Positions 38,613 through 47,828 of a stretch of DNA of 62,615 nt are shown here, in pieces. The DNA comes from Bacteroidota bacterium (GTDB lineage Bacteria > Bacteroidota > Bacteroidia > NS11-12g > UBA955). The stretch lies in contig JAIXYV010000011.1 in assembly GCA_027490055.1 (NCBI GenBank), positions 1 to 62,615 of the forward strand, in the 5' to 3' direction. The position numbers and the translations under genes were made by a program. Positions within the stretch are counted from its first letter, which is position 1; each line of letters starts with the position of its first letter. The notes under the pieces were generated by a model, which worked only from the letters and a program-made list of their open reading frames with translations, did not search any database and was not told the origin of the DNA.

Positions 38613-39161
38613 ATGTTAAAATCATTCGCATTCGCCCTTATCGCATTCACCGGTCTTGCCCTGAGTGCTCAACAGTACATGACAAAAACAGGTACTATTA
38701 AATTTTTCTCTCACACAACTTTAGAAGATATAAAAGCTGAAAACCGCAAGGTTGTCAGTGCGCTCGATAGCAAAACAGGTGCAATGGAGTTTGCCTGTCT
38801 TATAAAGGGTTTCGACTTCACAAACGATGCCATGGAACTCCATTTCAATGAAAGCTATCTGGAAAGCGCTAAATACCCAAAAGCGTCTTTTAAAGGAACT
38901 GTTACCGATATCGCAAAAGTGGATTTTACTAAAGATGGTACTTATACCTCTGCATACACTGGTAAACTAACCATCAAAAATGTTACTAAAGATGTTACAG
39001 GTACCGCCACTTTCGTCGTTAAAGATGGTAAAGTGACCTCTACTTCTAAAATTAAAATCAAACCAAAAGATTATAACATTTCAATCCCTGCTACTGCTAC
39101 TGCCAAAATCGCTGAAGAAATTGACGTAGACATTATCATGGATTACACCAAAAAAGCATGA
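38613..39161 (+). CDS. YceI-family lipid/polyisoprenoid-binding protein
   Basis: GTIKFFS, MELHFNESYLES.KYPKASFKG, GKLTIKNVTK, DYNISIP. Confidence 0.88.
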   Translation: MLKSFAFALIAFTGLALSAQQYMTKTGTIKFFSHTTLEDIKAENRKVVSALDSKTGAMEFACLIKGFDFTNDAMELHFNESYLESAKYPKASFKGTVTDIAKVDFTKDGTYTSAYTGKLTIKNVTKDVTGTATFVVKDGKVTSTSKIKIKPKDYNISIPATATAKIAEEIDVDIIMDYTKKA

Positions 39162-40084
39162 GATTACTAAGCGCATTAATTATTTCGTCAGTTGCTTTCA
39201 GTGCAAACGCGCAAACTGATACCACCAAACAACCTTCTGCTGTCTCTGATATTCCAGGCATGGTTGGCGATACATCCAGTATGCTGGATGGTTTCGACAT
39301 GAATGAAGAACCGGATTTTGAACAAAATGTCTTCAAAGGCAACCGTGTCATCAACTCGCATAGCGTTGAAATGATTGGTAAGAAAAATCTTGACTACAGA
39401 ATCTGCCACCGTTTTGGTTATATCAATACCGGCCCTTATGAGATGTTTGGTCTGGATCAGGCCTATCAGAGAATGAGTTTCTCATACGGTATCTCCGATC
39501 TTGTCAATGTCGAAATTGCTCGTAGTTCAGTTAACAAAATGTATGATGGTTCACTGAAAGTAAAGTTTATGCGTCAGGCTAAAGGCGATAAAAAACGTCC
39601 ACTAAGTATTGTGTACGTCGCTAATATGGCCGTTCAAACACTAAAGCCTAATAGTTCTCAAACACCTTACTATTTTTCCAATCGTCTATACTACACCCAT
39701 CAATTACTGATCGCTAAGAAATTCAATGAGCATTTCTCTCTGCAAATTATGCCTACGCTCTTGCATAGAAACCTCATCGATTCTATGAAGTATAAAAATG
39801 ATGTTTTCTGTATCGGTATTGGTGGTAGAAATAAAATCACCAGAAAGACTGCGCTGACATATGAATACTTCTATGTATTGCCTGGTCAGATCAATCCGAT
39901 CTACAACAATTCTCTATCAATTGGTTTTGATATCGAAACTGGTGGTCACGTATTCCAATTGCACTTTACCAATAGTACCGGTATGAATGAAAAGGGTTTC
40001 CTTGCAGAAACCGACGGATCATGGGCTAAAGGTGATATCCATTTCGGATTTAACATCTCCAGAATTTTTTATATTGGCAGATAA
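39158..40084 (+). CDS. DUF5777-like outer-membrane beta-barrel protein
   Basis: FKGNRVINSHSVE, HRFG, IETGGHVFQLHFTN, FGFNISRIF. Confidence 0.8.
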   Translation: MRLLSALIISSVAFSANAQTDTTKQPSAVSDIPGMVGDTSSMLDGFDMNEEPDFEQNVFKGNRVINSHSVEMIGKKNLDYRICHRFGYINTGPYEMFGLDQAYQRMSFSYGISDLVNVEIARSSVNKMYDGSLKVKFMRQAKGDKKRPLSIVYVANMAVQTLKPNSSQTPYYFSNRLYYTHQLLIAKKFNEHFSLQIMPTLLHRNLIDSMKYKNDVFCIGIGGRNKITRKTALTYEYFYVLPGQINPIYNNSLSIGFDIETGGHVFQLHFTNSTGMNEKGFLAETDGSWAKGDIHFGFNISRIFYIGR

Positions 40085-40107
40085 TTTCTGCTCCTGATAC
40101 TTTCTTT

Positions 40108-40134
40108 AAAGCCAGAGTTTCTCTGGCTTTTTTT
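40108..40134 (+). terminator. Intrinsic terminator of the cytochrome-YceI-barrel operon
   Basis: AAAGCCAGAG-TTT-CTCTGGC-T7. Confidence 0.88.
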
Positions 40135-40248
40135 ATGGCCTCTTGGGCGCAACTGTTTTAAATAGTTGACACTGCTTTTGTGTTGTTTACAAGTCAGAAT
40201 GTCTCTCGTCGCTCTTATAACTAAATTTGAATATTAATCTAGTACACA

Positions 40249-41244
40249 ATGAGACCATCAATTAAATATATAGCGATACCGGCGCTGCTGCTCTCTGCAT
40301 GCGTGCCTCAGCGTAAGCTCGACGATTTACAAGCGAAATTCGATGATTGCCAGAAATCAAAATCTGAATGCAATACTCAGCTCTCTCAGGCTCAGTCTGA
40401 TTTAACTAACTGTAACGAATCGGTTAAATCTATTAACGCTCACCTTAAAAGTCTGCAGGCCGATTCTTTGGAATGCTTCACAGAACTAGAACGCACCAAA
40501 AAACTCTACGAACAATCTGAGCAAACGTCTCAGAAAATCATAGATAACAACCGTTACGAAAATGATAAACTTTCCAGAGAACTCAATGCTAAAAATGAAG
40601 CATTGAAAAATAAAGAACGCGAACTCAACGAGAAGGAAGCGTCTTTAATCATGTCGCAAAATAAAAACCGCGATCTCTCAGCATCTCTATTAACTGCCGA
40701 AGAAAGTCTGAAACTCAGAGAAAAGCGTGTGGCTGAACTCGAATCGGTTCTCAGAGCTAAAGACAGTGCCGTTAATGCCCTTAAAGCCTCTATTCAGAAA
40801 GCTTTGTTGGGTTTCAAGAACCAGGGACTCACAGTCGAAGTCAGAAATGGAAAAGTGTATGTTAGTATGGAAGAAAAATTGCTCTTTAAATCTGGAAGCA
40901 TAGAAGTGGATCCTAAAGGTCAGCAAGCCCTTCTGGAACTGGCTAAAGCGCTTAACCAGAATAAAGAAGTGAGTATCCTCGTCGAAGGTCATACCGATAA
41001 TGTGCCAATGAAGTCGCCTACTATTAAAGATAACCTCGACTTAAGTGTACTGAGAGCAACTTCTATATCTCGCATTCTTACAAGCAAAGGTGCTGTTGAT
41101 CCAAAACGTGTTATGTCTGCTGGTAGAGGCGAACATTTCCCTATCGATCCAGCCGATACCCCTGAAGCCAGAGCAAAGAACAGAAGAACTGAAATTATCC
41201 TGACGCCTAAACTGGATGAATTACTCTCTATCCTCGGAAATTAA
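40249..41244 (+). CDS. Coiled-coil lipoprotein with an OmpA/MotB peptidoglycan-binding domain
   Basis: Lipobox LSAC, long heptad region, LLFKSGS, VEGHTD, LSVLRA, NRRTEI. Confidence 0.88.
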   Translation: MRPSIKYIAIPALLLSACVPQRKLDDLQAKFDDCQKSKSECNTQLSQAQSDLTNCNESVKSINAHLKSLQADSLECFTELERTKKLYEQSEQTSQKIIDNNRYENDKLSRELNAKNEALKNKERELNEKEASLIMSQNKNRDLSASLLTAEESLKLREKRVAELESVLRAKDSAVNALKASIQKALLGFKNQGLTVEVRNGKVYVSMEEKLLFKSGSIEVDPKGQQALLELAKALNQNKEVSILVEGHTDNVPMKSPTIKDNLDLSVLRATSISRILTSKGAVDPKRVMSAGRGEHFPIDPADTPEARAKNRRTEIILTPKLDELLSILGN

Positions 41245-41267
41245 TAATTAAATAAATATACAATAAC

Positions 41268-41302
41268 GACCGTGCACGGAAATCTTCCTGCACGGTCTTT
41301 TT
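41268..41302 (+). terminator. Intrinsic terminator after the OmpA/MotB gene
   Basis: GACCGTGCA(C)GGAA-ATC-TTCCTGCACGGTC-T5. Confidence 0.8.
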
Positions 41303-41313
41303 GTAAAATCTTT

Positions 41314-41781
41314 ATGCTGCACATCACCATTCTCTCTATCGGTAAAACCAACGAATCTTATGTCAAAGAGGGATTGGATAAATACATAAAACTGCTGAGT
41401 AAATACTGCAAACCTGAATGTATAGAATTGCCTGATGTGAAAAATGGCAATAAAATGTCGCCCGACAAATTAAAAGATGCCGAGGCAGAACTTCTTTTAA
41501 ATCACCTGCCCGATAAAGCTGCTATTCTCTTTCTGGATGAAACAGGTAAAACCTTTAGCTCAGAAAAGTTTGCTGAATACTTTAATAAAAAATCGCTCGA
41601 TGCTTCTAAAATTATTTTCGTAATAGGTGGCTCTTACGGCTTGTCTGAAAAAAAAAAAAAAAAAGGGGAGAGCATTAGCCTATCGGCCATGACCTTCAAC
41701 CATCAAATGGTGAGGGTTATTCTAGCCGAACAAATCTTCAGAGCCTTTACCATTATTAAAGGTACCGGTTACCACCACTGA
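41314..41781 (+). CDS. rlmH: 23S rRNA pseudouridine-1915 methyltransferase
   Basis: LSIGK, LDETGK, FVIGGSYG, SLSAMTFNHQMVR..LAEQIFRA, YHH. Start at the ATG at 41314; the track start lies inside the terminator. Confidence 0.95.
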   Translation: MLHITILSIGKTNESYVKEGLDKYIKLLSKYCKPECIELPDVKNGNKMSPDKLKDAEAELLLNHLPDKAAILFLDETGKTFSSEKFAEYFNKKSLDASKIIFVIGGSYGLSEKKKKKGESISLSAMTFNHQMVRVILAEQIFRAFTIIKGTGYHH

Positions 41782-41794
41782 TGTTTTTCATTTA

Positions 41795-44413
41795 TTATAC
41801 TAACTGACGAGCTGCTTGTTCCGCCGCTGCCAGTCCTTCGCTCAACTTTCCACCTGCTGTCGCAAAGAAAGGCTGACCGCCACCGCCGCCCTGAATATGC
41901 TTGGCTAAATCGCGTACTACCTGACTGCAATTTATACTTTCCATCAAATCGTCGGTAGCAAATACTGTTATCATTGGCTTGTCATCTGTTTTGCTCAATA
42001 ATACGCCAAACAGTTTCTCCTGTTCGTTTCTTAACTGAAAACAAATGGTCTTAATAGCATCTGCATTCAAACCATTGACATGCTCTATTATAAAGTTAAA
42101 CTTACTGCCTTTCTGAATCTTGGATTGTAAGCTTTGTTTGACTTCGCCAGCCTTTGCCAGTTCGAATTGCTCAATTTTTTTAAGCAGTTCGCTGCGCTCC
42201 ATACTCATTTTCTGAATGGCTGCACGTACATCTTTAGGATCACCAAGTAAGTCGTTTATGTCTTTTAATTGTTGCTCAATGCCTTTATAATAGGCATCTG
42301 CACCAACACTGGTAATGGCTTCAATTCTTCTGACGCCGGCAGCTACCGAACTTTCTGAACGGATTTTAAATCGTCTGATTTGTCCTGTGCTCTTCACATG
42401 CGTTCCTCCGCACAATTCTACCGAATAGGCTTTGTCAAATGTGATCACTCGCACCAGGTCGCCATACTTTTCTCCAAACAATGCCGTTGCGCCAAGCTCT
42501 TCTACTGCTTGCTTTATCGGCACTAAACGTTTTTCATCTAAAGCAATATTATCCGAGATTTTCTGATTGACAATGCTCTCTATTTTCTCAATTTCTTCTT
42601 CACTCAGTTTACTAAAGTGACTGAAGTCGAATCTCAGATATTCATCATTCACCAAACTGCCTTTCTGTGCTACGTGATTGCCTAATACCTGTTTTAATGC
42701 AGCATGTAATAAGTGCGTTGCACTGTGATTATTAGCAGATAAGGCTCTTTTTTCAGCATCTACTTTTACTTCGAATGATTGTACATTATCGGTAGGAAGC
42801 TTATCTACGAAATGAATAATCAGATCATTTTCTTTCTGAGTATCAAGTATCTCTATGACTTCACCATTGGCAATACCAGTCATTGTTCCGGTATCTCCAA
42901 CCTGTCCGCCGCTTTCAGCGTAAAATGGCGTTATATTGAATACTAACTGGTATTGTAGCTTGTCTTTTACTTTAATAGTACGATGTCTGGCGATCTTTAC
43001 ATTGGCTTCCAAGAAGTCGTACCCAATAAACTCCTCATCGTCATCATCTATCAAATACTGCCAGTCGCCTGTCTCTTTCTTGGCGTCTTTCCGACTGCGC
43101 TCTTTCTGCTCATGCAGGCTTCTTTCAAATCCTTCAATATCAACTTCAAAACCATTTTCTGAAGCAATCAGTCTGGTCAGGTCAATCGGGAATCCAAATG
43201 TATCATATAATTCAAATGCAACACTACCTTCTATTGTTTTGTTGTCACTTTCAAGGTAGGTATTGATGCGCTCCAGTCCGTTAGATAAAGTCTTTAAAAA
43301 GGTATTGCCTTCTTCCTGAATTACTTTGGCAATAAAGTCTTTTTGCTGCTCTATTTCAGGGAACACATTGCCAAATTCTTTGCAAAGTACCGGAATCAAT
43401 CTGAACATAAATGGTTCTCTCATGCCCAAATAACTGTAACCATAACGCAAAGCTCTTCTCAGAATCCTTCTGATAACATAGCCTGCGCCTGTATTGCTGG
43501 GCAACTGACCGTCTGCAATGCAGAATGCCACTGCTCTAATATGGTCGGAGATCACTCTGAAGGCGATATCCTGTTTGCTATCGCTACCACTGTATTGTTT
43601 GCCTGAAATGTCTTCAAGGGCTTTAATCAGAGGCTGAAATATATCGGTATCGTAATTGGATTTTTTGTTTTGTAAAACGCGGGTTAAACGTTCGAAGCCC
43701 ATGCCGGTATCGACATGCTGAGCTGGCAATTTTTCGAGACTGCCATCGGCTTTGCGATTGAATTCCATGAACACATTGTTCCATATTTCAATTACTTCCG
43801 GATGGTCTTTGTTCACCAGTTGATCACCGCTTACTAAAGCTTTTTCGGCCTCATCGCGCATATCAACGTGTATTTCGGAGCAGGGACCGCAAGGACCGGT
43901 ATCGCCCATTTCCCAGAAATTATCTTTCTTGTTGCCTTTAAGAATGCGTGAAGGATCGATGAGCTTTGCCCAATAGTCGTATGCCTCCTGATCGAAAGCT
44001 AATCCTTCTTTAGCATCGCCTTCGAAGACGGTAACGTACAATTTGTTCTTGTCGATTTTATATACCTCGGTTAAAAGCTCCCAGCTCCAGGCTATGGCTT
44101 CTCTTTTAAAATAGTCGCCAAAGCTCCAGTTGCCCAGCATCTCGAACATGGTGTGGTGGTAATGGTCGACACCAACTTCTTCCAAATCGTTGTGCTTTCC
44201 ACTGACACGCAGACATTTCTGAGTGTCGGCAGCTCTGTTGTAAGGGGCTCTCTTATTGCCTAAGAAATAATCTTTAAACTGATTCATACCCGCATTGGTA
44301 AACATCAGAGTAGGGTCGTTCTTAACGACAATAGGCGCTGAAGGCACTATCGTGTGCTGTTTGTTCTGAAAGAATTCTAAAAAACTTAGTCGTATTTCCT
44401 TGGATGATATCAT
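41795..44413 (-). CDS. alaS: Alanine--tRNA ligase
   Basis: DPTLMFTNAGMNQFK, HHTMFEMLGNWSFGDYFK, DTGMGFER, HSATHLLH, ELCGGTH, GGGGGQ. Start at the ATG at 44413. Confidence 0.98.
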   Translation of the reverse strand: MISSKEIRLSFLEFFQNKQHTIVPSAPIVVKNDPTLMFTNAGMNQFKDYFLGNKRAPYNRAADTQKCLRVSGKHNDLEEVGVDHYHHTMFEMLGNWSFGDYFKREAIAWSWELLTEVYKIDKNKLYVTVFEGDAKEGLAFDQEAYDYWAKLIDPSRILKGNKKDNFWEMGDTGPCGPCSEIHVDMRDEAEKALVSGDQLVNKDHPEVIEIWNNVFMEFNRKADGSLEKLPAQHVDTGMGFERLTRVLQNKKSNYDTDIFQPLIKALEDISGKQYSGSDSKQDIAFRVISDHIRAVAFCIADGQLPSNTGAGYVIRRILRRALRYGYSYLGMREPFMFRLIPVLCKEFGNVFPEIEQQKDFIAKVIQEEGNTFLKTLSNGLERINTYLESDNKTIEGSVAFELYDTFGFPIDLTRLIASENGFEVDIEGFERSLHEQKERSRKDAKKETGDWQYLIDDDDEEFIGYDFLEANVKIARHRTIKVKDKLQYQLVFNITPFYAESGGQVGDTGTMTGIANGEVIEILDTQKENDLIIHFVDKLPTDNVQSFEVKVDAEKRALSANNHSATHLLHAALKQVLGNHVAQKGSLVNDEYLRFDFSHFSKLSEEEIEKIESIVNQKISDNIALDEKRLVPIKQAVEELGATALFGEKYGDLVRVITFDKAYSVELCGGTHVKSTGQIRRFKIRSESSVAAGVRRIEAITSVGADAYYKGIEQQLKDINDLLGDPKDVRAAIQKMSMERSELLKKIEQFELAKAGEVKQSLQSKIQKGSKFNFIIEHVNGLNADAIKTICFQLRNEQEKLFGVLLSKTDDKPMITVFATDDLMESINCSQVVRDLAKHIQGGGGGQPFFATAGGKLSEGLAAAEQAARQLV

Positions 44414-44492
44414 GAAATAAAAATAATCTATTATTTTTGAGCGTTCAAAAATTTGAATTCGCGAAAATACAAAATAGCTTAGGTAATTTAAC

Positions 44493-45464
44493 ATGGCAAA
44501 GACCAAATATTTCTTTAATCCAAAAACACTTAGTTACGAGAAGTACAAACTAAGTAGATGGATCCTCTTTCTCAGAGGCATTGGTGTCTTTTCTTTTTCC
44601 TTAATTCTGGGCTTTATTTTTTTCCTGATTTTTAATCGATTTGTCGATACGCCTACAGAAAAGAAAATGAAATCTGAAAATGTCGATTTCATTGCCGAGC
44701 TCGAACACCTCAATCAAAGGGTCCTGGCTATGAATGCAGAACTCGAAAAAATCAGAATTAAAGACAATACTGTTTATCGCGCTATCTATGAGAGCGCTCC
44801 TGTTGCCGGCAATACCTGGAAACAAAGCTTTCAGAATTCTGAGAAGTACGATGAACTAAGAAAATTGCCAAATGCCGAACTCTTATCTGAGTTGAATATG
44901 AACCTGGATAAACTGAGCCATGATTACAAAGTTCAAAGTGCCAGTTTCGATCAGTTGCTATCCATTGCCCAGAATAAAAAAGACTACCTATCCAGAATTC
45001 CAGCAATTCAACCGGTATCAAATCGCAAACTGGAAAGAATTGGTTCAGGCTTTGGTTATAGAACCGATCCATTTTACAGAACTCAGCGTTTCCATGCTGG
45101 TATCGATTTTACTGCACCAAGAGGGGTAGAGGTATATGCCACAGCCGATGGTACCGTAGAAGCGGTTAATACAGAAATATGGGGCTATGGTCAGCATATC
45201 ATCATCAACCATGGCAATGGCTTTACGACGCTGTATGGTCACTTAAGCAAATTTAAAGTAAAAAGAGGTCAGAAGGTAACCCGTGGCATGTTGATTGGGC
45301 TGGTAGGGTCTACAGGTAAATCCACTGCGCCACACTTACACTACGAAGTACATAAGAATGGCGAGAAACTCAATCCGGCGTTTTTCTTTTATAACGACTT
45401 AACTAACGAAGAATATCAGCAGATGCTAGAAAGGGCCTCTGCACCTAACCAATCATTTGACTAA
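44493..45464 (+). CDS. M23 family peptidoglycan peptidase
   Basis: HAGIDF, GYG, YGHL, STAPHLHYEV. Confidence 0.93.
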   Translation: MAKTKYFFNPKTLSYEKYKLSRWILFLRGIGVFSFSLILGFIFFLIFNRFVDTPTEKKMKSENVDFIAELEHLNQRVLAMNAELEKIRIKDNTVYRAIYESAPVAGNTWKQSFQNSEKYDELRKLPNAELLSELNMNLDKLSHDYKVQSASFDQLLSIAQNKKDYLSRIPAIQPVSNRKLERIGSGFGYRTDPFYRTQRFHAGIDFTAPRGVEVYATADGTVEAVNTEIWGYGQHIIINHGNGFTTLYGHLSKFKVKRGQKVTRGMLIGLVGSTGKSTAPHLHYEVHKNGEKLNPAFFFYNDLTNEEYQQMLERASAPNQSFD

Positions 45465-45808
45465 TGCCTAAACTGAAATCAGAATCAGATATCAAAAAAA
45501 TGTTCTATAAAATGGGAGAGGTGTCAGCTATTATTGGCGTGCCTCCTTCTATGCTCAGATTCTGGGAAAAGGAATTTGATTGCCTTAAAGACCTGCACAA
45601 AAACAGAAAGGGCGATAGATTATACACAGAGCAAAATATTGAAGACCTAAAAACCATACACTTCATTGTAAAAGAGAAGGGATACACGCTACAAGGGGCT
45701 AATGAGTATATGTTAGGCAATCGCAAAGTGTCAGATAAAAACAGCGAAATGCTAAAAAGTCTTGATAAAGTGAAGGCTTTTTTGCTTGAATTGAAACAAA
45801 ACCTTTAA
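45464..45808 (+). CDS. MerR-family HTH protein
   Basis: YKMGEVS...LRFWEKEF...KGDRLYT. Confidence 0.88.
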   Translation: MPKLKSESDIKKMFYKMGEVSAIIGVPPSMLRFWEKEFDCLKDLHKNRKGDRLYTEQNIEDLKTIHFIVKEKGYTLQGANEYMLGNRKVSDKNSEMLKSLDKVKAFLLELKQNL

Positions 45809-45868
45809 AAATTAAAAATCAATCAAAGGTTTTTTTATATAAATTTGTCATAAAATTGATTAGAAAAG

Positions 45869-46795
45869 ATGGAAATTCAACAAAACGAAAAAGACAAAAA
45901 GAGTAAAACCTACCTCATGATTCTTATCGGTGCTTTGTTAGCACTTAATATTGGTATCGGGGTTAATTTATTTTTAAGTAACAAGAAAAATAAAGAACAG
46001 GCGGTCAATATTGAAGGCTTAAGTAAAGATAAAGACAATCTGCAAAAAGAGGTTCAGGGTCTCGAAATCGAACTGGAATCACTCAGATCCGAAAATCAGG
46101 GTTTGAATGAACAACTCAATGAGAAAGATTTAGCGATTGAACAAAAAATCAAACAAATCAAAGTCCTTTTAAGTAAAGGTAAATTGTCTGATGCTGAATT
46201 CAAAAAAGCTAAAGCCGAAATTCTTAGCCTGAGAAGTCAGATCGAAGATTACAAACTGCGCGTCGCTGAACTTACCAAGCAAAACGAAGAACTAACCGTT
46301 CAAAACACCGACTTAACGCAGAACCTTACAGCTGAACAAATGCGTTCTGCTGAAAAAGACCGTGCCATCGAACAGAGAGATAAAAAGATCAATAAAGCCA
46401 AAATTTTGCATGCCAGTGGAATTGTTGTGGCTGGTGTGAGAGAAAGAAAATTATTTGGTAAAAAAGAAGTCAGCACAGACAAAGCTTCTAAAGTGGAAGA
46501 AATTAAAGTGAAATTTAGTCTCGACCAAAACGTTGTAGCGGATGCTGGTGATAAAGATATCTTTGTTAAAATCATCGGTCCTGATGGTGCACCTATCACC
46601 GGTAAAATGCAAACGACCAAAGTAGATGGTACTGAAACTCTGTATACTGAAAAGAAAACAGTGGATTACAAAAACGAAAAACTAGATGATGTCGTGTATT
46701 GTAAAAAGCAAGGTTCTTACACTAAAGGAGAATATACTGTAGAGATTTTCGCTGAAGGTTTCAGAATCGGCAGCGCTAAATTCACCTTGAAATAA
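45869..46795 (+). CDS. Single-pass membrane-anchored coiled-coil protein of unknown function
   Basis: N-terminal TM, about 140-aa heptad region, beta-rich C-terminus ending KGEYTVEIFAEG..IG. Confidence 0.75.
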   Translation: MEIQQNEKDKKSKTYLMILIGALLALNIGIGVNLFLSNKKNKEQAVNIEGLSKDKDNLQKEVQGLEIELESLRSENQGLNEQLNEKDLAIEQKIKQIKVLLSKGKLSDAEFKKAKAEILSLRSQIEDYKLRVAELTKQNEELTVQNTDLTQNLTAEQMRSAEKDRAIEQRDKKINKAKILHASGIVVAGVRERKLFGKKEVSTDKASKVEEIKVKFSLDQNVVADAGDKDIFVKIIGPDGAPITGKMQTTKVDGTETLYTEKKTVDYKNEKLDDVVYCKKQGSYTKGEYTVEIFAEGFRIGSAKFTLK

Positions 46796-46812
46796 GTGAA
46801 TAAATAATATTG

Positions 46813-46842
46813 AAAAGCCGACAGAAATGTCGGCTTTTTTTT
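46813..46842 (+). terminator. Intrinsic terminator
   Basis: AAAAGCCGACA-GAAA-TGTCGGC followed by a T run. Confidence 0.88.
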
Positions 46843-46856
46843 TACATTTGTATCAG

Positions 46857-47828
46857 ATGAAGAGAATAGGTGTAATGACTTCAGGTGGCGATGCGCCAGG
46901 GATGAATGCCTGCATCAGAGCAGTGGTTCGTTCTGCTGCTTTTCACAATGTGGAAGTAGTAGGTATCAGACGCGGTTTCCAGGGAATGATTGAAAATGAA
47001 ATGTCCCTGCTCAATGTCAACGAAGTTGGTAATATCATTCAGTATGGTGGTACCATCCTTAAATCAGCCCGTAGTAAAGAGTTCATGACAGTCGAAGGGC
47101 GCAGAAAAGCCTACGACAATCTTGTTGCAAATAATGTTGAAGGTATAGTTTGTATTGGTGGAAATGGTACCTACACAGGTGCTGGTGTTTTCTATAACGA
47201 ATACGGTATTCCTAGTGTAGGTGCTCCTGGTACAATTGACAACGATTTATATGGTACCGATTTTACGATAGGTTACGATACCGCTGTTAATACCGCTTTG
47301 GATGCAATCGACCGTATCAGAGATACCGCAGATTCTCATAACCGTATCTTTTTTATTGAAGTAATGGGACGAGATAGTGGGTTTATCGCACTTAATAGCG
47401 GACTGGCAGGAGGTGCCGAAGCGATTCTTTTACCAGAAATCATGAACGACTACGATGATTTAATTGCTAATTTTGAAGATAATACCAAACGTAAAAAAGC
47501 ATTTTCTATCATAGTGGTTGCCGAAGGCGAAACCAATGGTCACGCTTTCGAAATCGCCGAAAAGTTTAAAGCCCGTTTCTCTGAATTCGATATCCGTGTC
47601 TCTGTACTCGGTCACATTCAAAGAGGCGGAAAACCAAGTGCTAACGACCGTGTTTTGGCCTCTACATTAGGTAATGCTGCCGTTGAACAATTGCTCGCAG
47701 GTAATACCAATGTATGCGTGGGTGTCGTCAACCAGGAAGTGAAAGTTACTTCATACTCCGATGCTATCTCTAACAGAAAATCAATTAACCCTGTCCTCTG
47801 GAACTTGTCTAAAATACTAAGCTATTAA
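46857..47828 (+). CDS. pfkA: ATP-dependent 6-phosphofructokinase
   Basis: MKRIGVMTSGGDAPGMN, PGTIDND, EVMGR, LGHIQRGG. Start at the ATG at 46857. Confidence 0.97.
   Translation: MKRIGVMTSGGDAPGMNACIRAVVRSAAFHNVEVVGIRRGFQGMIENEMSLLNVNEVGNIIQYGGTILKSARSKEFMTVEGRRKAYDNLVANNVEGIVCIGGNGTYTGAGVFYNEYGIPSVGAPGTIDNDLYGTDFTIGYDTAVNTALDAIDRIRDTADSHNRIFFIEVMGRDSGFIALNSGLAGGAEAILLPEIMNDYDDLIANFEDNTKRKKAFSIIVVAEGETNGHAFEIAEKFKARFSEFDIRVSVLGHIQRGGKPSANDRVLASTLGNAAVEQLLAGNTNVCVGVVNQEVKVTSYSDAISNRKSINPVLWNLSKILSY

Noticed and set aside
38594-38621. dif-like site (TTATGTTAAA)
   Set aside because: Matches only a XerD-like arm, coincides with the YceI start codon, and has no XerC arm
40249-41244. Flagellar motor MotB
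   Set aside because: It has a lipoprotein signal rather than the MotB TM with the conserved Asp, and there are no motA or flagellar genes
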